DNA of 63,252 nucleotides, counting the filler, from Perkinsus chesapeaki ATCC PRA-425 (Eukaryota > Protista > Perkinsozoa): the NCBI GenBank assembly GCA_013115145.1. It is 7 parts of 7 records of this genome, joined end to end, with 100 filler letters (N's around TTAATTAATTAA, not from the genome) between each part and the next. Parts side by side here need not be neighbours in the genome. Positions count along the whole stretch, not along the records: positions 46,106 to 58,695 come from JAAPAO010000807.1; positions 58,796 to 60,831 come from JAAPAO010001693.1; positions 60,932 to 62,077 come from JAAPAO010002155.1; 4 more parts are not named here. One strand, 5' to 3'. Positions 49,806 through 62,077 of the stretch are shown here, piece after piece. The first letter of the stretch is position 1. Every line of letters begins with the position of its first letter. Below the pieces are notes generated by a model. The model searched no databases. It had not been told where the DNA came from and saw only the letters and a list, made by a program, of their open reading frames with translations. A program made the position numbers and the translations under genes.

Positions 49806-50213
49806 CTACTTCTTGACACATAGAGATTTAGTAAGCCACACATCCTTGGATCCACGATAGCTTAGGTAGATGGAATCATCTTTAATGTTATATTTGAGCT
49901 CCTCGAAATCACCGGCATTCAATAGAGTATGAAACGGCTTCAAGATACCAATGAGGTCGGAATTATTAGTATCAACTTTAAGCTGTAAGATACTGCCGGC
50001 TGCATCATGCTCAGTGGCATCATAAAAGATATCAGGGGCCACTTGGAGCTTGTCGTACAATGTAAACTCGAAATTGAACCTCGATGGGGTAGTGAAGACA
50101 AAGTGGCCAAGATAGGAGCCATCATCAGCACAGTACCTCCCAGTAGGCCAAGTCGTGGTCGCTATGACGAGCGACACAAAGTTAATGATATAAATGAAAG
50201 AGTATAACATTGA
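49806..50213 (-). CDS. Small secreted protein, single exon
   Basis: In-frame MLYSFIYIINFVSLVIAT signal-like start, then PTGRYC..FEELKY..D..LC two-Cys pattern. Confidence 0.6.
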   Translation of the reverse strand, partial: SMLYSFIYIINFVSLVIATTTWPTGRYCADDGSYLGHFVFTTPSRFNFEFTLYDKLQVAPDIFYDATEHDAAGSILQLKVDTNNSDLIGILKPFHTLLNAGDFEELKYNIKDDSIYLSYRGSKDVWLTKSLCVKK

Positions 50214-53200
50214 ACTAATAATAAATACATATTGCAAAAAGAATATACAACGCAACCTCATCACAGCGACATGTCGACAACGGTTTTTTGCACGCATGCG
50301 CATTCCATTATGTCACCCCAATTCTATTTGCGACTTGTTCTTATCAACCATCGCTTCCTTCGCATACTCCGGGAACCTACCATTCGACTATGAACTAATC
50401 ACACATAAGAATAAGCAATTATAGCTCACAACAAGTTCTCGATTCCACCAAAGAACGCTAACTTTGAGTTGCACGCACGCGCATGAAGCTTACCTCGCTC
50501 GCGTGTGGCCGAAGTTATCGTCGATGCCGATGGACTTGAGGCGGTGGCGACCCGGTACAGTGCCTATTGGACTGTAGATCAACGCCGCTATCGGACTCTT
50601 GAGCTTCACCTATTATCATGCTTTCGCGCTGTGAAACTGTGAAGCCCTCCCTATCTAGCTGAGTGGCCCGGCCTACTGATGGGGCATCTTGGAAGGGTTC
50701 GAAAAACCTGCCAAGAGCGACTCGGCGAATGACCCCCAGAGGAATGATACTTACCTGTGTTTGGATGCTCGCATTCGATTGACCTCATCCCTGTAATGCT
50801 CCGCGAAAACAGCCGTCATCGACTGTGTTGGATTCACTATTGCCTTGCCGACACCTGAGACGGTGGCGCCCTGTCGGGGGTAAGGACTCCTTACTAAGCA
50901 CTGCATAGTAAGGAGGGCCACGGCAATAATAATGAAGGTTGGGCGTGCATAGAAGCCCACTGAGCCTTGCATGCTCATAAAACCCATAAAGAGGAGTTGT
51001 ATGAACGCATACACCCAGCGGAGCGAAGCGATGCACGAGTCGCGAATTAGAATAACGAGGGCGTAGTGTCCACTTGTTTGGTAGGACCTCGTAATAGACT
51101 CAATATCTTGGGGAGGATCTTTAGGCATGACAAGTGATTGAACACAATTAGTAATAGTTATTCCTTATAGACGAGCGAGATGCACGTATTAAGTGGCGAG
51201 CGAGAAAGACATGTCACCTTGCGTGCAAGCAGCGAAGACTAATCCATCAAGCTCATGTGGATAACAACAGGAGAATCTTACGCTCTCTGAGCTCGGTCTC
51301 TCAAAGGGGAATATCTTTTGGGAATTAGAATGCATGCATGTAAGAAGCGAACCACTGGTCAGAGCGCGGCCACTGCTATCCATGCTGTAGAAGAAGGCAT
51401 CATCGATTCCTCCTCTACCACGAGACGGCTCCTCGCACGGGGACGAATCCAGGCGACGACACGAGCATCCAATCATTCAAGGCAGACTCGGCTGATCGAC
51501 TGAACATTGGCGGGCTTATAGTGGTTCAATTGACCAGTGATCCCCACTAGAATAAACTTTCGAGCAAAATCTACTCCGCACTAGGAAGACTACTACTCCG
51601 TAAGATCATGCTCTTACCGCGGAATTCTCTATCTCTATCACCGCCCTCCCCAGTGAGGATGTTGAAAGGGCACTCTCGTGCATTCAACAGAGCAGCCTCC
51701 ACGCTAGATCTGACAGCTCAAATGCGAAAAAAGTCGCTGGAATTCTTACCTTGCCAAAGACTCACGCCGCGCGTCTCTGGATTGCTCGAGGGCTCTAAAA
51801 ATTTCGAGATTGAGAATTTCACTATGCAAAGTAATACTTCAAGTCACTCGTAGGCCTTTAATACTAATTTTATCCACACGGGGTAACTTTACCTATCAAC
51901 CTACTGATTCTAACCTACTAGTATTTAGCAGTGTTCTAATTAGTCAGCGCTCCTTCACTCAGGCGGATAGCGGCCAGTACCGGAGTGTAGCTGCGGCTAC
52001 TCGTGGAGGGTGAATACCACAAGACGATAATAATCATAATTGACCATCATGATGTACCATCAGCTCACATGAGCAGCTTTAGAAAAAACTTATCTTTTTT
52101 CTAGTAGAGGTACGCCATGACAGGCCGCCATGAGTCATAGAGCACCATCAGAAAAAAAGGCGAATAAAATATCTAGTCCCTTATAAAAACGAAGTCGGGT
52201 TTTCATGAATACGAAAATATTATTTTCCGAATATGGATAATTTTCATTTCTCAAACTTTAGTAGCTTCACTCGATTCTCTCTCCTGAAAGTTGCCCCGCT
52301 ATGACTTACAATCTATCAGCATCTGGTTTTATACTTGTATAGTGACGGCGGTGGAATCCTCGATGAAATCTTGTCTCTGTCAAATCAGGGGAAGGCCTGG
52401 GACCGATTGAATGCATACACAGGAGATTGTCACGAGAAGTAAAAACAAAATGGTGGTGGGAAACGAACCGTTGAAGAAGTGGCGCCTCACAGAACCGCTT
52501 AAGAAGCCTAAACTCCCGGTCACATAATAGCGACTGCAACAACACTCAACTGTCTCAATGTGCACTACTCCCAAGTAGCCAGAATTGAGGAATATGCCAA
52601 ATCAACTTGGATTTGCTCTACAAATCTCGTAAACCAGCAGGTGCCAGCCGGTGGAATCCGGGGGGGGGTGCTTCGAAGCCTATATGTGCACGAGAACCTC
52701 CGATTTTTGAGCCACCCAATCAACGAAGGATTGTCACACAAAAGACTTCCTACTGAATTTATCTGAAGGAGTATTGATTGCCCCATTAGGCAGTTTTTTT
52801 AAAGAAAAAATAATAGCCATTCAATCGAAGTTGGAATCAGCGCGAATGGGTCTCGAGATTATGCTATGTTTGTATTGAATACACATTAGCAATCATTTTC
52901 ACGCCAATTTATTTATCGGAATTTCGACAGTTCTCCTTCACCTGTAATGATACGCCACACCGTCTGGTATCCTCTCAGTCGACTTGAGATAGTTGCTCCG
53001 AACGTGCTCCGGCGTAGAAGCGGGACAACTTATCTGCACAAAAATGTGGACAATCTCAGAGCGGAGTATCATACCATCTTCTTGCTCGAAACCGGATGTC
53101 GGATGTTCTCCCATCGTTTCAGCAAGCCGCCGGTATCATGTCCGTGTGGCTGGAGGGGATGGGTTCCTGGGTCCCAGCGATTGTAGACAGCACTCATTCG

Positions 53201-53279
53201 AGAAATCAACTGGGCATGATTCCGGTGATAGTGAGACGAAGAGAGATACAAGTGTACATGAAGGATAGTGTAACAAAGT

Positions 53280-53417
53280 TAAGACGGTTTAACCTGTACG
53301 GTAGATAGAATGAGACGGTTTAACTTATACGGTAGATAGAATAAGACGGTTTAACTTATACGGTAGATAGAATAAGACGGTTTAACTTATACGGTAGATA
53401 GAATAAGACGGTTTAAC
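53280..53417. repeat. 31-bp minisatellite running into an N gap
   Basis: GTTTAACTTATACGGTAGATAGAATAAGACG, ~4.4 head-to-tail copies with no spacers. Confidence 0.95.
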
Positions 53418-54845
53418 NNNNNNNNNNNNNNNNNNNNNNNNNNNNNNNNNNNNNNNNNNNNNNNNNNNNNNNNNNNNNNNNNNNNNNNNNNNNNNNNNNN
53501 NNNNNNNNNNNNNNNNCTCATGAAATTTATACAGGAAGAGGATAGGACGATGAAAATACACGTCAGCGATCCAAAGGCATAACTTATACCGTAAAATATC
53601 GTTTCTGATGGAGTAGTTATAAACTCATTCCCAATCGATCCCGACTGTCCCGAGTTGCACAATCCATCAGCTAGTCCTGCGTGACTACAGAAACTTACGA
53701 GGACCACAGACGGTGCCCGGGGCACCGTCGATGGGCACCCGGTGCGGCACCGAGCCCCATTAAGGAGTAAGTAAGTAGCGACACTCCTGGCTCAACCAGC
53801 GAGGGTTGAACTAATCAATGACTATCAACATTTCACCGTCGACAGTTTGCCGTATCATCCAGTGGGTTCGACACTGGAAAAGGAAGTGAAGTTGGGAATA
53901 TAGGGAATATTCCTCTTGTGAAAGCGACTGAGAGCCTTGGCGAACAGTCGGTTGTAGTTATTACACTGGCAACCATTCGCGTAGTTACCGAGCTACATAA
54001 AAGAGAAGCTATATGTTTTATCTCTGAAATAGAAGTCGTAATGAAGGAATTATTCCTTCATCATTATTCCTTACGAATACGTTTCATATCGCTTCTCTAA
54101 TTTCTGCGATGTTATTCAGATTTGCAGGTTGCCGTTATTGGTATCTTCATCCGAGCCGCCGTTTGACAAGGTCCAACGAATTGAACTGTTGTCAAAGAGC
54201 GAGTGTTCAGTTAATCAACAGTAGTGGGCGTGAGGGGCAGAAGTACTCCATGGATCAGGATCGAATATCATCCTATTAAAAACACCATACCACACTTTTC
54301 TCAGAAACAGTCACAACTCATAGCACACATACTCCTGTACACGTCTACGGTACTCTTGGTCTCGTAAGGGTTCGATCATGTCATGTAGCAATCCATCACC
54401 AGCTAAAACACTTTCGAGGGCAAGTGGCCCGTCATCCGGTTTGGGGAGCCTGACAACAATTCCCATTCATACCAGTACCGAGAGTAAAAAGTAAGACAGC
54501 TTCACAGGGGGACAGCGATTGTGTAACTGCTGGAGCCGACAGGCCGCCATGAGTCATAGAGGAGCATCAGATCATCTGATTCAGATGTTCTGCCGTCCAG
54601 GGGAGATGCATTTGACATTCTATCTTGGAATTTTAGGAACATATTTTCTATCAGAACTTCCAATCGTTTAAATTGGATCAATTTGTCCTTCACTCCAAGA
54701 TGCAATCGTATCTCAGTAGCCCTACTAAATACGATGGAAGGTGATGGAGACACAAACATTGTCTCCTTCATCCGAGCAAAGCCCGTCCTAGATCGTGTCC
54801 AGGGTTTTGCTAACAATATCACTTGATAACAAAACAGTGCGCTTC

Positions 54846-57740
54846 TCACCTGTGGTCGACTGCTGTACCGTTCAGGTAGTTGTAGGATCGAATTTTCTCA
54901 CTTCGGTCGCCGCTTCCCATATGGAGCTTCCGTATGATGCCGCGTTCCTTGGCGATTCTCTTCGCTTTTTCATCCATTATTTTCTGCGACAACTGCTGCA
55001 AGGCCAAGGCCTTGTTAGACTTCAACGCTCTATAGCAGTCGGCAAATCCTTCCAGGCCAGTTTCAATATGGCGCACTCTGACCGCCTGGTGAGCTGCATT
55101 CACGCACTGCCCGCCTGGCCCGGAAGATTTCTTCGTTATCCATATTTTGTATTCGTGCGGTTTGAGGATTGGCAGTAAGTTGCTGTTAGGGTCCTCTCTA
55201 GGCAGGACAACAACGCTGCATGCCGAAGTCTGCGGTAGGCTATCTGCCGGCCATGACGGAACCCGTTGGACCTGGACGGCGAGAGTGAACGGACAGGTTG
55301 TGCTGAGAAGGAAGGAAATACGTGACATATTTCCGGTTCTATCATGTGTCTGCAATGGGACAAATGTGACACAAAAACGGATAAATCCGATGACTATTTT
55401 CTTGTTTTACGTATTCTAAGTATAAACAGTACGTCTATGAACATAGTAGATACATATAGAGATAATATATAGATATTTATATATGCTCGAAAAAAACAAG
55501 TGTTATATACGGTTCAAAAATCTCGCTCGCCCGTCCTTCTGAGAAACGGTGGCCATCATTCATGGCACTAATGCATTCACAATATGTCGAGAGCTATACC
55601 TTCGAAATTTCAAGTGAAAACTGAGAGCACGGGGCACGTTGAAAGTTGGATCATCTCTATATGGTACTGCATCTCTTCCGTATTGGTAACACGCGTTGAG
55701 CCGCAATGAACATATTTTTATGACGCTAGATGACTTCCTGTTCCGCACAAGGAAGATTTTTACCATAAAGATATTCAAATCGAGTAACGCATGACAATAC
55801 GGTTCAAGTTAGAAGGAGAAGTTGTCCCTTTCACCGAGTTCCCCCGGAGAGCTATCGATATTTGCGACCCACTCGATGTATCCCTGCCTCGAACTTCAGA
55901 TACCCGAACACGCCCTTCTCGGGAGTTCGCTGTGCACCCGGCTTCAATGAAAAATCGGCGATGATTTCACGGTAGCCAGATTGCTGAGGAGGGAAGCGAT
56001 GGTATTTGACGCTGCATCACTGGGCCCATCAAATTGATGGGCCCAGTGATGCAGCGTCAATCCACACTTTGGCATCACGGAAGGAGCAATTGACCGAAGC
56101 CCTACGGAAAATTCGTCCCTTTTACCGATAATGCATGGTTTAGTAACTAGTAATTAACTTTTGTAATTAGCAAAAGTAATATGTACAAATATATACAAAT
56201 GTATTTAAAATTGTACGTGGAATTCTCCCAAAGCTGTGTATGATGCCCGTTGAAAGTCTATCCGTTTCTGGACGGCGGTTACTGCATTTTCATTGCCTGT
56301 CTCGATATAACGAAAAGAATAACAACACTCGCCGCAGATTTTCGCAGAGCTCAAATTAGAACTATTGTTCGGAACGCCAACCACTTTGCCATTTCTGAAA
56401 GCGGGAAATGAGGCAGTTCTCGGAAAGTAGAAATTTGGTGACTTTCTTACCCAACCTTGCTCCATCACTTTAACATCGGGCGCTGCCCAACCCATCAAAG
56501 CAGATAATCTATCGAACATGTCATATACGTCTTTGCACCATTTGCCGGCCTCAACCCCACCAACACCTTGGAAATCGAACAACAGGGCTACAGAGGCTCC
56601 GTCTGTTGACGGTGGAACTGCTTCGCAACGATTATGTTCTTAAGTGCAACAGTTCAGAAATTTCTGAAATTTCCAGTTCTCTTTTTCGCAAGCGTATGCG
56701 CCCATGTCGGGAGAGTATTTACAATTCAGCCAGGAAGTCTGGCGATTTGTGGAGTTAAGAGGAGGAGAATCTCCTCAGGAGATAGTGCAAGGAGTGTTAA
56801 TCGACACTTCTGATGCGGAACAAATTGGAGAAACTACAAAGTCGATTTTCTCACTTGGGAACAGGGGAAATCGAAAGACGTTGGAAGAAGCACGGTAAAG
56901 TATCAGACTGATGTGGCACTGTGTGGGATTGTGCATAAAATGCTGGAATCATTAACCGTTTCTTTGATGATGGTTGATAAGGAGCACAAACTAATATTCA
57001 GAGACTCGATTTGTTCGATGGCCGTTTTCGAGGCTAACTGCAGTGGCGCGCGAAGTAGATAGAAAGGCCGTACTAATTGGGAAACGGTGATTGCACGGCT
57101 GCTGCTGCTCACCTGGCCTGATCTCTACTGTACAATCGTTAGCATCTTTGACATACTCATGCCACGTAGCACATTCGATGCCTTCTGTACTCATACGAGA
57201 GTGTAGATGGGCAAATAGTCTTTCCTCGACTTCAACAAATTTACCGATTTGTGTGTCAATCTCGGACTGGAACATTTCCTTCATTCTGAAGCAGCAGCAT
57301 TATCAGGAAACAGACAGCGCAAGCTCACAAGGTCTCCTGTCTGTCCAGCTTTCCCTCATCTTCTTTCAGCTTCTCAATCTCTTGGGTTATGCTGATCATC
57401 TCATCGACTATGTCATAATACAAAGTCAGCTCTGGTCTATCTCTGAAGAAGAAGATCTCACCAAACCCACTTCGGTATGGCAAACTCACCCGGGGGCCTT
57501 CAAATTGAACAGTTTTGATACCACAGGTACGACTGTGTCATCTGGCAGCCTCTCTAAAAGCGCCGTTGGTAAGAGAAGCGCCTTCGGTTTATTTGCCAGT
57601 GTTGAAAAGCGAGAGCCGAGAGGCCGTAACGATGAGGGCGGTCGAAGCCTTTGGCTAGGCCGTAGTGTTGCCAATAAAACGGACATAAAGGATATAAATC
57701 TATCACATGAGGAGATTATAGAGGTCCAAATCCTGCTCAA
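54846..57740 (-). CDS. Class-1 peptide chain release factor (RF1-like, organellar), multi-exon; ends approximate
   Basis: DCTVEIRPG|VGGVEA; QRVP...TSACSVVVLP; KKSSGPGGQCVN..AVRVRHIETG; GSGDRSEKIRSYNY..DHR. Confidence 0.88.
56006..56060. repeat. Perfect 55-bp palindrome (27-bp arms, 1-nt loop)
   Basis: TTGACGCTGCATCACTGGGCCCATCAA-A-TTGATGGGCCCAGTGATGCAGCGTCAA. Confidence 0.95.
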
Positions 57741-58285
57741 TCCATGCTCCAGTCTAAGACTTAGACTCCAAGTCCAGCGTCTGGAACATGTCGATCAGTA
57801 ACTCACACTCATCACTGATCACCCGCTTAGCTCTGTGGGGCAACTTCTATTGACAGGAACTGATGAACCTCCGATGATATTATGACGTGGCCCTACTTTC
57901 ATATTTTCATTTCACTGACAATTTCGATTGTCAGTGATTGCCCGGACTTTGAACGGGACCAGCGGGGCTTGAAGCGACCAAAGTTGACGACGACGAGCTG
58001 ATGCATTCGGTATTCCGTTCTACGCGGTCGCCCATGTGCCATATTCGACAAAGAGAATGTCCAATGCGAACAATACGTCAATTTCAAGGCCTTCAAGGCC
58101 GTAGATGGCTCCCAACCGCGTTGTTCAAATGCCTTATTTGGCTTAGTTGGGACTAATACTGTTGAGTCCCTATAGAAATGTCATACTTTGGTATTATGGT
58201 TGAACTGTAGCGTATACAGTATCAGGTTGCCACTCTCTGCTAGGATTAACTCAGGGGTAGCTGAGACCAACGAGACTCATATTAT

Positions 58286-58695
58286 AGATCAAGAAGAAGT
58301 AGAGGGACATGACTGATTGGTAGCTCAGATCAATAAGAAGTAGAGGGACATGACTGATTGGTAGCTCAGATCAATAAGAAGTAGAGGGACATGACTGACT
58401 GGTAGCTCAGATCAATAAGAAGTAGAGGGACATGAGTGATTGGTAGCTCAGATCAATAAGAAGTAGAGGGACATGAGTGATTGGTAGCTCAGATCAAGAA
58501 GAAGTAGAGGGACATGAGTGATTGGTAGCTCAGATCAATAAGAAGTAGAGGGACATGAGTGATTGGTAGCTCNNNNNNNNNNNNNNNNNNNNNNNNNNNN
58601 NNNNNNNNNNNNNNNNNNNNNNNNNNNNNNNNNNNNNNNNNNNNNNNNNNNNNNNNNNNNNNNNNNNNNNNCAGATCAATAAGAAGTAGAGGGAC
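58286..58695. repeat. 41-bp minisatellite, ~7 copies plus a partial copy after the gap
   Basis: AGATCAATAAGAAGTAGAGGGACATGA(C/G)TGATTGGTAGCTC at 58286, 58327, 58368 and onward. Confidence 0.95.
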
Positions 58696-58795
58696 NNNNN
58701 NNNNNNNNNNNNNNNNNNNNNNNNNNNNNNNNNNNNNNNTTAATTAATTAANNNNNNNNNNNNNNNNNNNNNNNNNNNNNNNNNNNNNNNNNNNN

Positions 58796-60048
58796 TTTTT
58801 ATCACAGAATACATACTGTGAATGGTGCTGCACCATCGCACTTCCAATATGCTCAACACAGCGGTACCCGCATATATTCCAGCCACATAAGGGATACGTA
58901 CCAGCCTTCTGACTTTCTGGGTCACGTCGGTGATAAAAGGAAACTGTTCTTTCACCAAATCTTTAACCAATAGAGAATTAATATGGGCCAGACAACCGCT
59001 GTGCGCTACTCGGTAGCTCACAGCGGCAGAGCCGTATAGCCTCTGCGTATTAGGATAGTTATGGAGATCTCCGTTTAGCGTGTCGCCGTCGGATTCAACA
59101 TGTAAGCATGTATGATACATGATGCTATGATAATGCTTCCTCGTTGGATACATGATGTATCCAACGAGGAAGCATTATCATTCGCTTCATCATCACCCCC
59201 ATCATCATCATCATCTTCTTCTTCTTCGGATATAGAAGAACACTCAGTATCGAGTGATGACAATGACTCGTCAGCATCATCGTGTATACTCATACCACTC
59301 TCATTGACGGAGCCGTCCTAAAAAACTCCACGTGTTCATCAGTGGCGACTCGTACATTTACCACTTCTTCCTCATTTAAACTCTTTCTGGTCATATTTAG
59401 CGAACAACAAACTTCTTTTCTGGCTCGTTTTGTGTTCGGAGCGCTGTCCGTGATGATATAATCGACCTTAATCCCACCTAAACAGGAAAGCTTTACAAAT
59501 GGAAACATGGACTAGCAATTAACGTACGATCGGCTAGCATTTCAACGGCTTCCAGGAGTATCCGCCTCAACGTCGCCACTACTTCCTTCTCCTTCTTTTT
59601 GAGCGGCTCCCCGAGAAGGGGGTAGCTGCGCCAGGCATCGGCATTAGTGGACTTGAAGACAACTGCGCATACGATTATCTGCTTCCCTCCATGTCTCGAT
59701 GGAGCCGTCCAACCATCGGCCACTAGCGAGACTCGGCGACCACATATAACACTAGAGTGCAGCAAGTCGCTGAACATCCGGGTCCTTCCGCGCTGGAAGA
59801 GTTTTGCTTTCAGAGACATCACTTTGTGTTTGGTGAGCTTGAAGTCGGCACCCAACAATCCTAAGGCGTCATTGAAAGCTGAACTGCTCATTGCTCTCAC
59901 TGACCAGCCATACTCTGTGCCAGCTGCTACCATACGTTCCAGCACTTGTTCGGCGTGTTGGTTTGTTACGCCGACCGACATGGGCACCCATCAACGGAAA
60001 CTGAAGGAACTTGTAATACAAGTCTTGTATGCACGGTTTCAAATTTGA
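58796..60048 (-). mobile_element. hAT-superfamily transposase, fragmented
   Basis: SLVADGWT, IITDSAPNTKRARK and GCLAHINSLLVKD match the hAT D, TDNA.N and C.AH motifs in order. Confidence 0.75.
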
Positions 60049-60149
60049 CCGTTGGGCTGCCCAACTTGGGCATGCGTGCGAATTTCGCACTGCGAAAGTG
60101 CTTGCACATGCGTACATTGACGTGCTTCACGATCTGCAATATCGGATAT

Positions 60150-60676
60150 GGTGATTATATCACCACTCTGATGGGATTGTGCCCTGTAGGGACTCGAATG
60201 GGTGGCCCGATGTGGAAACATAGCATGGTACGTACTAAAATATGTACAGGAGCGACTTTGAGGGAAATATCGCGGCACGTGCTCTAATGTGTGCGAAGTG
60301 ACACCGACCACAGAGAGGTGCATCGTAAGTTGATCACAAGCGAAGACAAGAGCGACTTGAATACAACTCTGATGGGATTGTGCCCTGTAGAGACTCGAAT
60401 AGGGGGTCCGAAGTGGAAACATGCCACTGTACGTACTATAATGTGTGTAGAAGGGACTTTGAGGGAAATAGCGCGGTCCGTGCTCTAATGTGTGCGCGGT
60501 GTCACCGATCACACAGAGGTGCATCGTAGCCTGTTCGCCAGGGAAGACAGGAGCGACTCGAAGCCAACTCCGATGGGATTGTGCCCTGTAGGGACTCGAA
60601 TAGGTGGCCCGAGGTGGAAACATAGCATGGTACGTACTATAATTATTATAGCGCAGTCCGTGCTCTAATGTGTGCG
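60150..60676. repeat. 201-bp tandem repeat, ~2.6 copies
   Basis: ACTC(T/C)GATGGGATTGTGCCCTGTAG(G/A)GACTCGAAT at 60165, 60366 and 60567. Confidence 0.9.
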
Positions 60677-60831
60677 TTTCATGAAATATCTTGAAATTTC
60701 GTGAAATTTCGTCTGAAATTTCATCTGAAATTCCGGCTCGCGAAATTTCGTGAAATTTCGTGAAATTTCGCTTGAAATTGAAATTTCATGAAATTTCATG
60801 ATGAAATTTCAACGCCTCCGATGAAATTTCA
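60677..60831. repeat. Array of GAAATTTC palindromic units
   Basis: >10 GAAATTTC(G/A) units with 1-6 nt spacers, ending at the contig end. Confidence 0.9.
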
Positions 60832-60931
60832 NNNNNNNNNNNNNNNNNNNNNNNNNNNNNNNNNNNNNNNNNNNNTTAATTAATTAANNNNNNNNNNNNN
60901 NNNNNNNNNNNNNNNNNNNNNNNNNNNNNNN

Positions 60932-62077
60932 CTGGCTAACGAGAAAACAGTCAGCGCACTGGATCCCAGTGAAAGGAATTAGCAGAACAGCGGTAGAATC
61001 ACGATTACAATATTATGAAGATACAGTAAAATATAATAACTTGAATATAATAGTAGAATGGATACCATCAGCGAATAATTACGCTGATGAGTTATCGAGA
61101 GTACCATCATATATGTTGAAATCAGAGCTCTATTCAAGGTCGTCGTCAGATACCATGGATACTTGTAAGGCAGGAATAGTAGCAGTAGGTAATCCAAGTG
61201 CAGTAGATCCATTGGATCCAGATGAACCTTTTGACCAACGCAGTTGGATCAGTAGGTTGGCTCGAACTGATACAGGAAAAGTTATAGTACCAGAGGCAGA
61301 AGCTGATAAGTTTACTAAAAAGCTACATAATCATGAAGGAGCAACAGCTCTATATAGTCGATTAAGGCCTTGGGTAGACATGAAAAATCTAAAACAGCAC
61401 TGTAATAACGCAGTGGCGCAATGCGAAAGATGTCAGAAAGGAAAGACATTTCCAGGTGATAGACAACAATGGTACGAGTCAATTAACAAACGCAATACTA
61501 AGGTCCCGTTTGCTAAGTTATATACTGATATAGTTGGACCGTATAGATCATCAAATGGAGAATCATTATTGTATGCAATTACAATTATAGATGGAGCCAC
61601 TGGATATGCTTTGGCAAAGCCTACCAAACACTGTCCAACCAGTAATGATGTTGTAGAGATATTCCAATATCTTACTGAGGTGTTTTGCACAGTACCGTTG
61701 GTTGTGCACACTGATAATGGATCGGTGTTTATCTCAGAAAGGTTTTCGAAATACCTGAGATCAATTAAGGCGATTCACGAGCGGTCAGCCGTTTTTGCCA
61801 GTTGGTCGAATGGTAAAGTAGAAAGACTACATCGGAATATAAATGCTTATATTAGGTGCGCTAATGAGAGTGAGAATTTACCATATAATAAGTTCAAGGA
61901 TATGATTAAGATAGCAATACTTCAGCACAATACTATACCTCGAAGAGATGGATTGAGTCCACATGATAAGATATTTAGATTTAAACCTGAAGTAGAACCG
62001 TTACAACCAGTAGAATTAAGGTCAGGTTATAATGATTTACTTGGATCTAGAGGAGATCCTGATGATTTGCCAGAAAC
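60932..62077 (+). mobile_element. LTR retrotransposon pol fragment (RNase H C-terminus + integrase), Ty3/Gypsy-like order
   Basis: EWIPSANNYADELSR; H..H...C..C zinc-binding region; YTDIVGP, HTDNGSVF and SNGKVERLH (D,D,E). Confidence 0.92.

Noticed and set aside
53280-58695. 31-bp and 41-bp repeats as CRISPR arrays
   Set aside because: Head-to-tail units with no unique spacers, no cas genes, and a eukaryotic context.
46106-58695. Spliced-leader RNA gene or relic SL sequences
   Set aside because: No convincing match to the Perkinsus/dinoflagellate SL (CCGTAGCCAT..GGCTCAAG) seen by eye.
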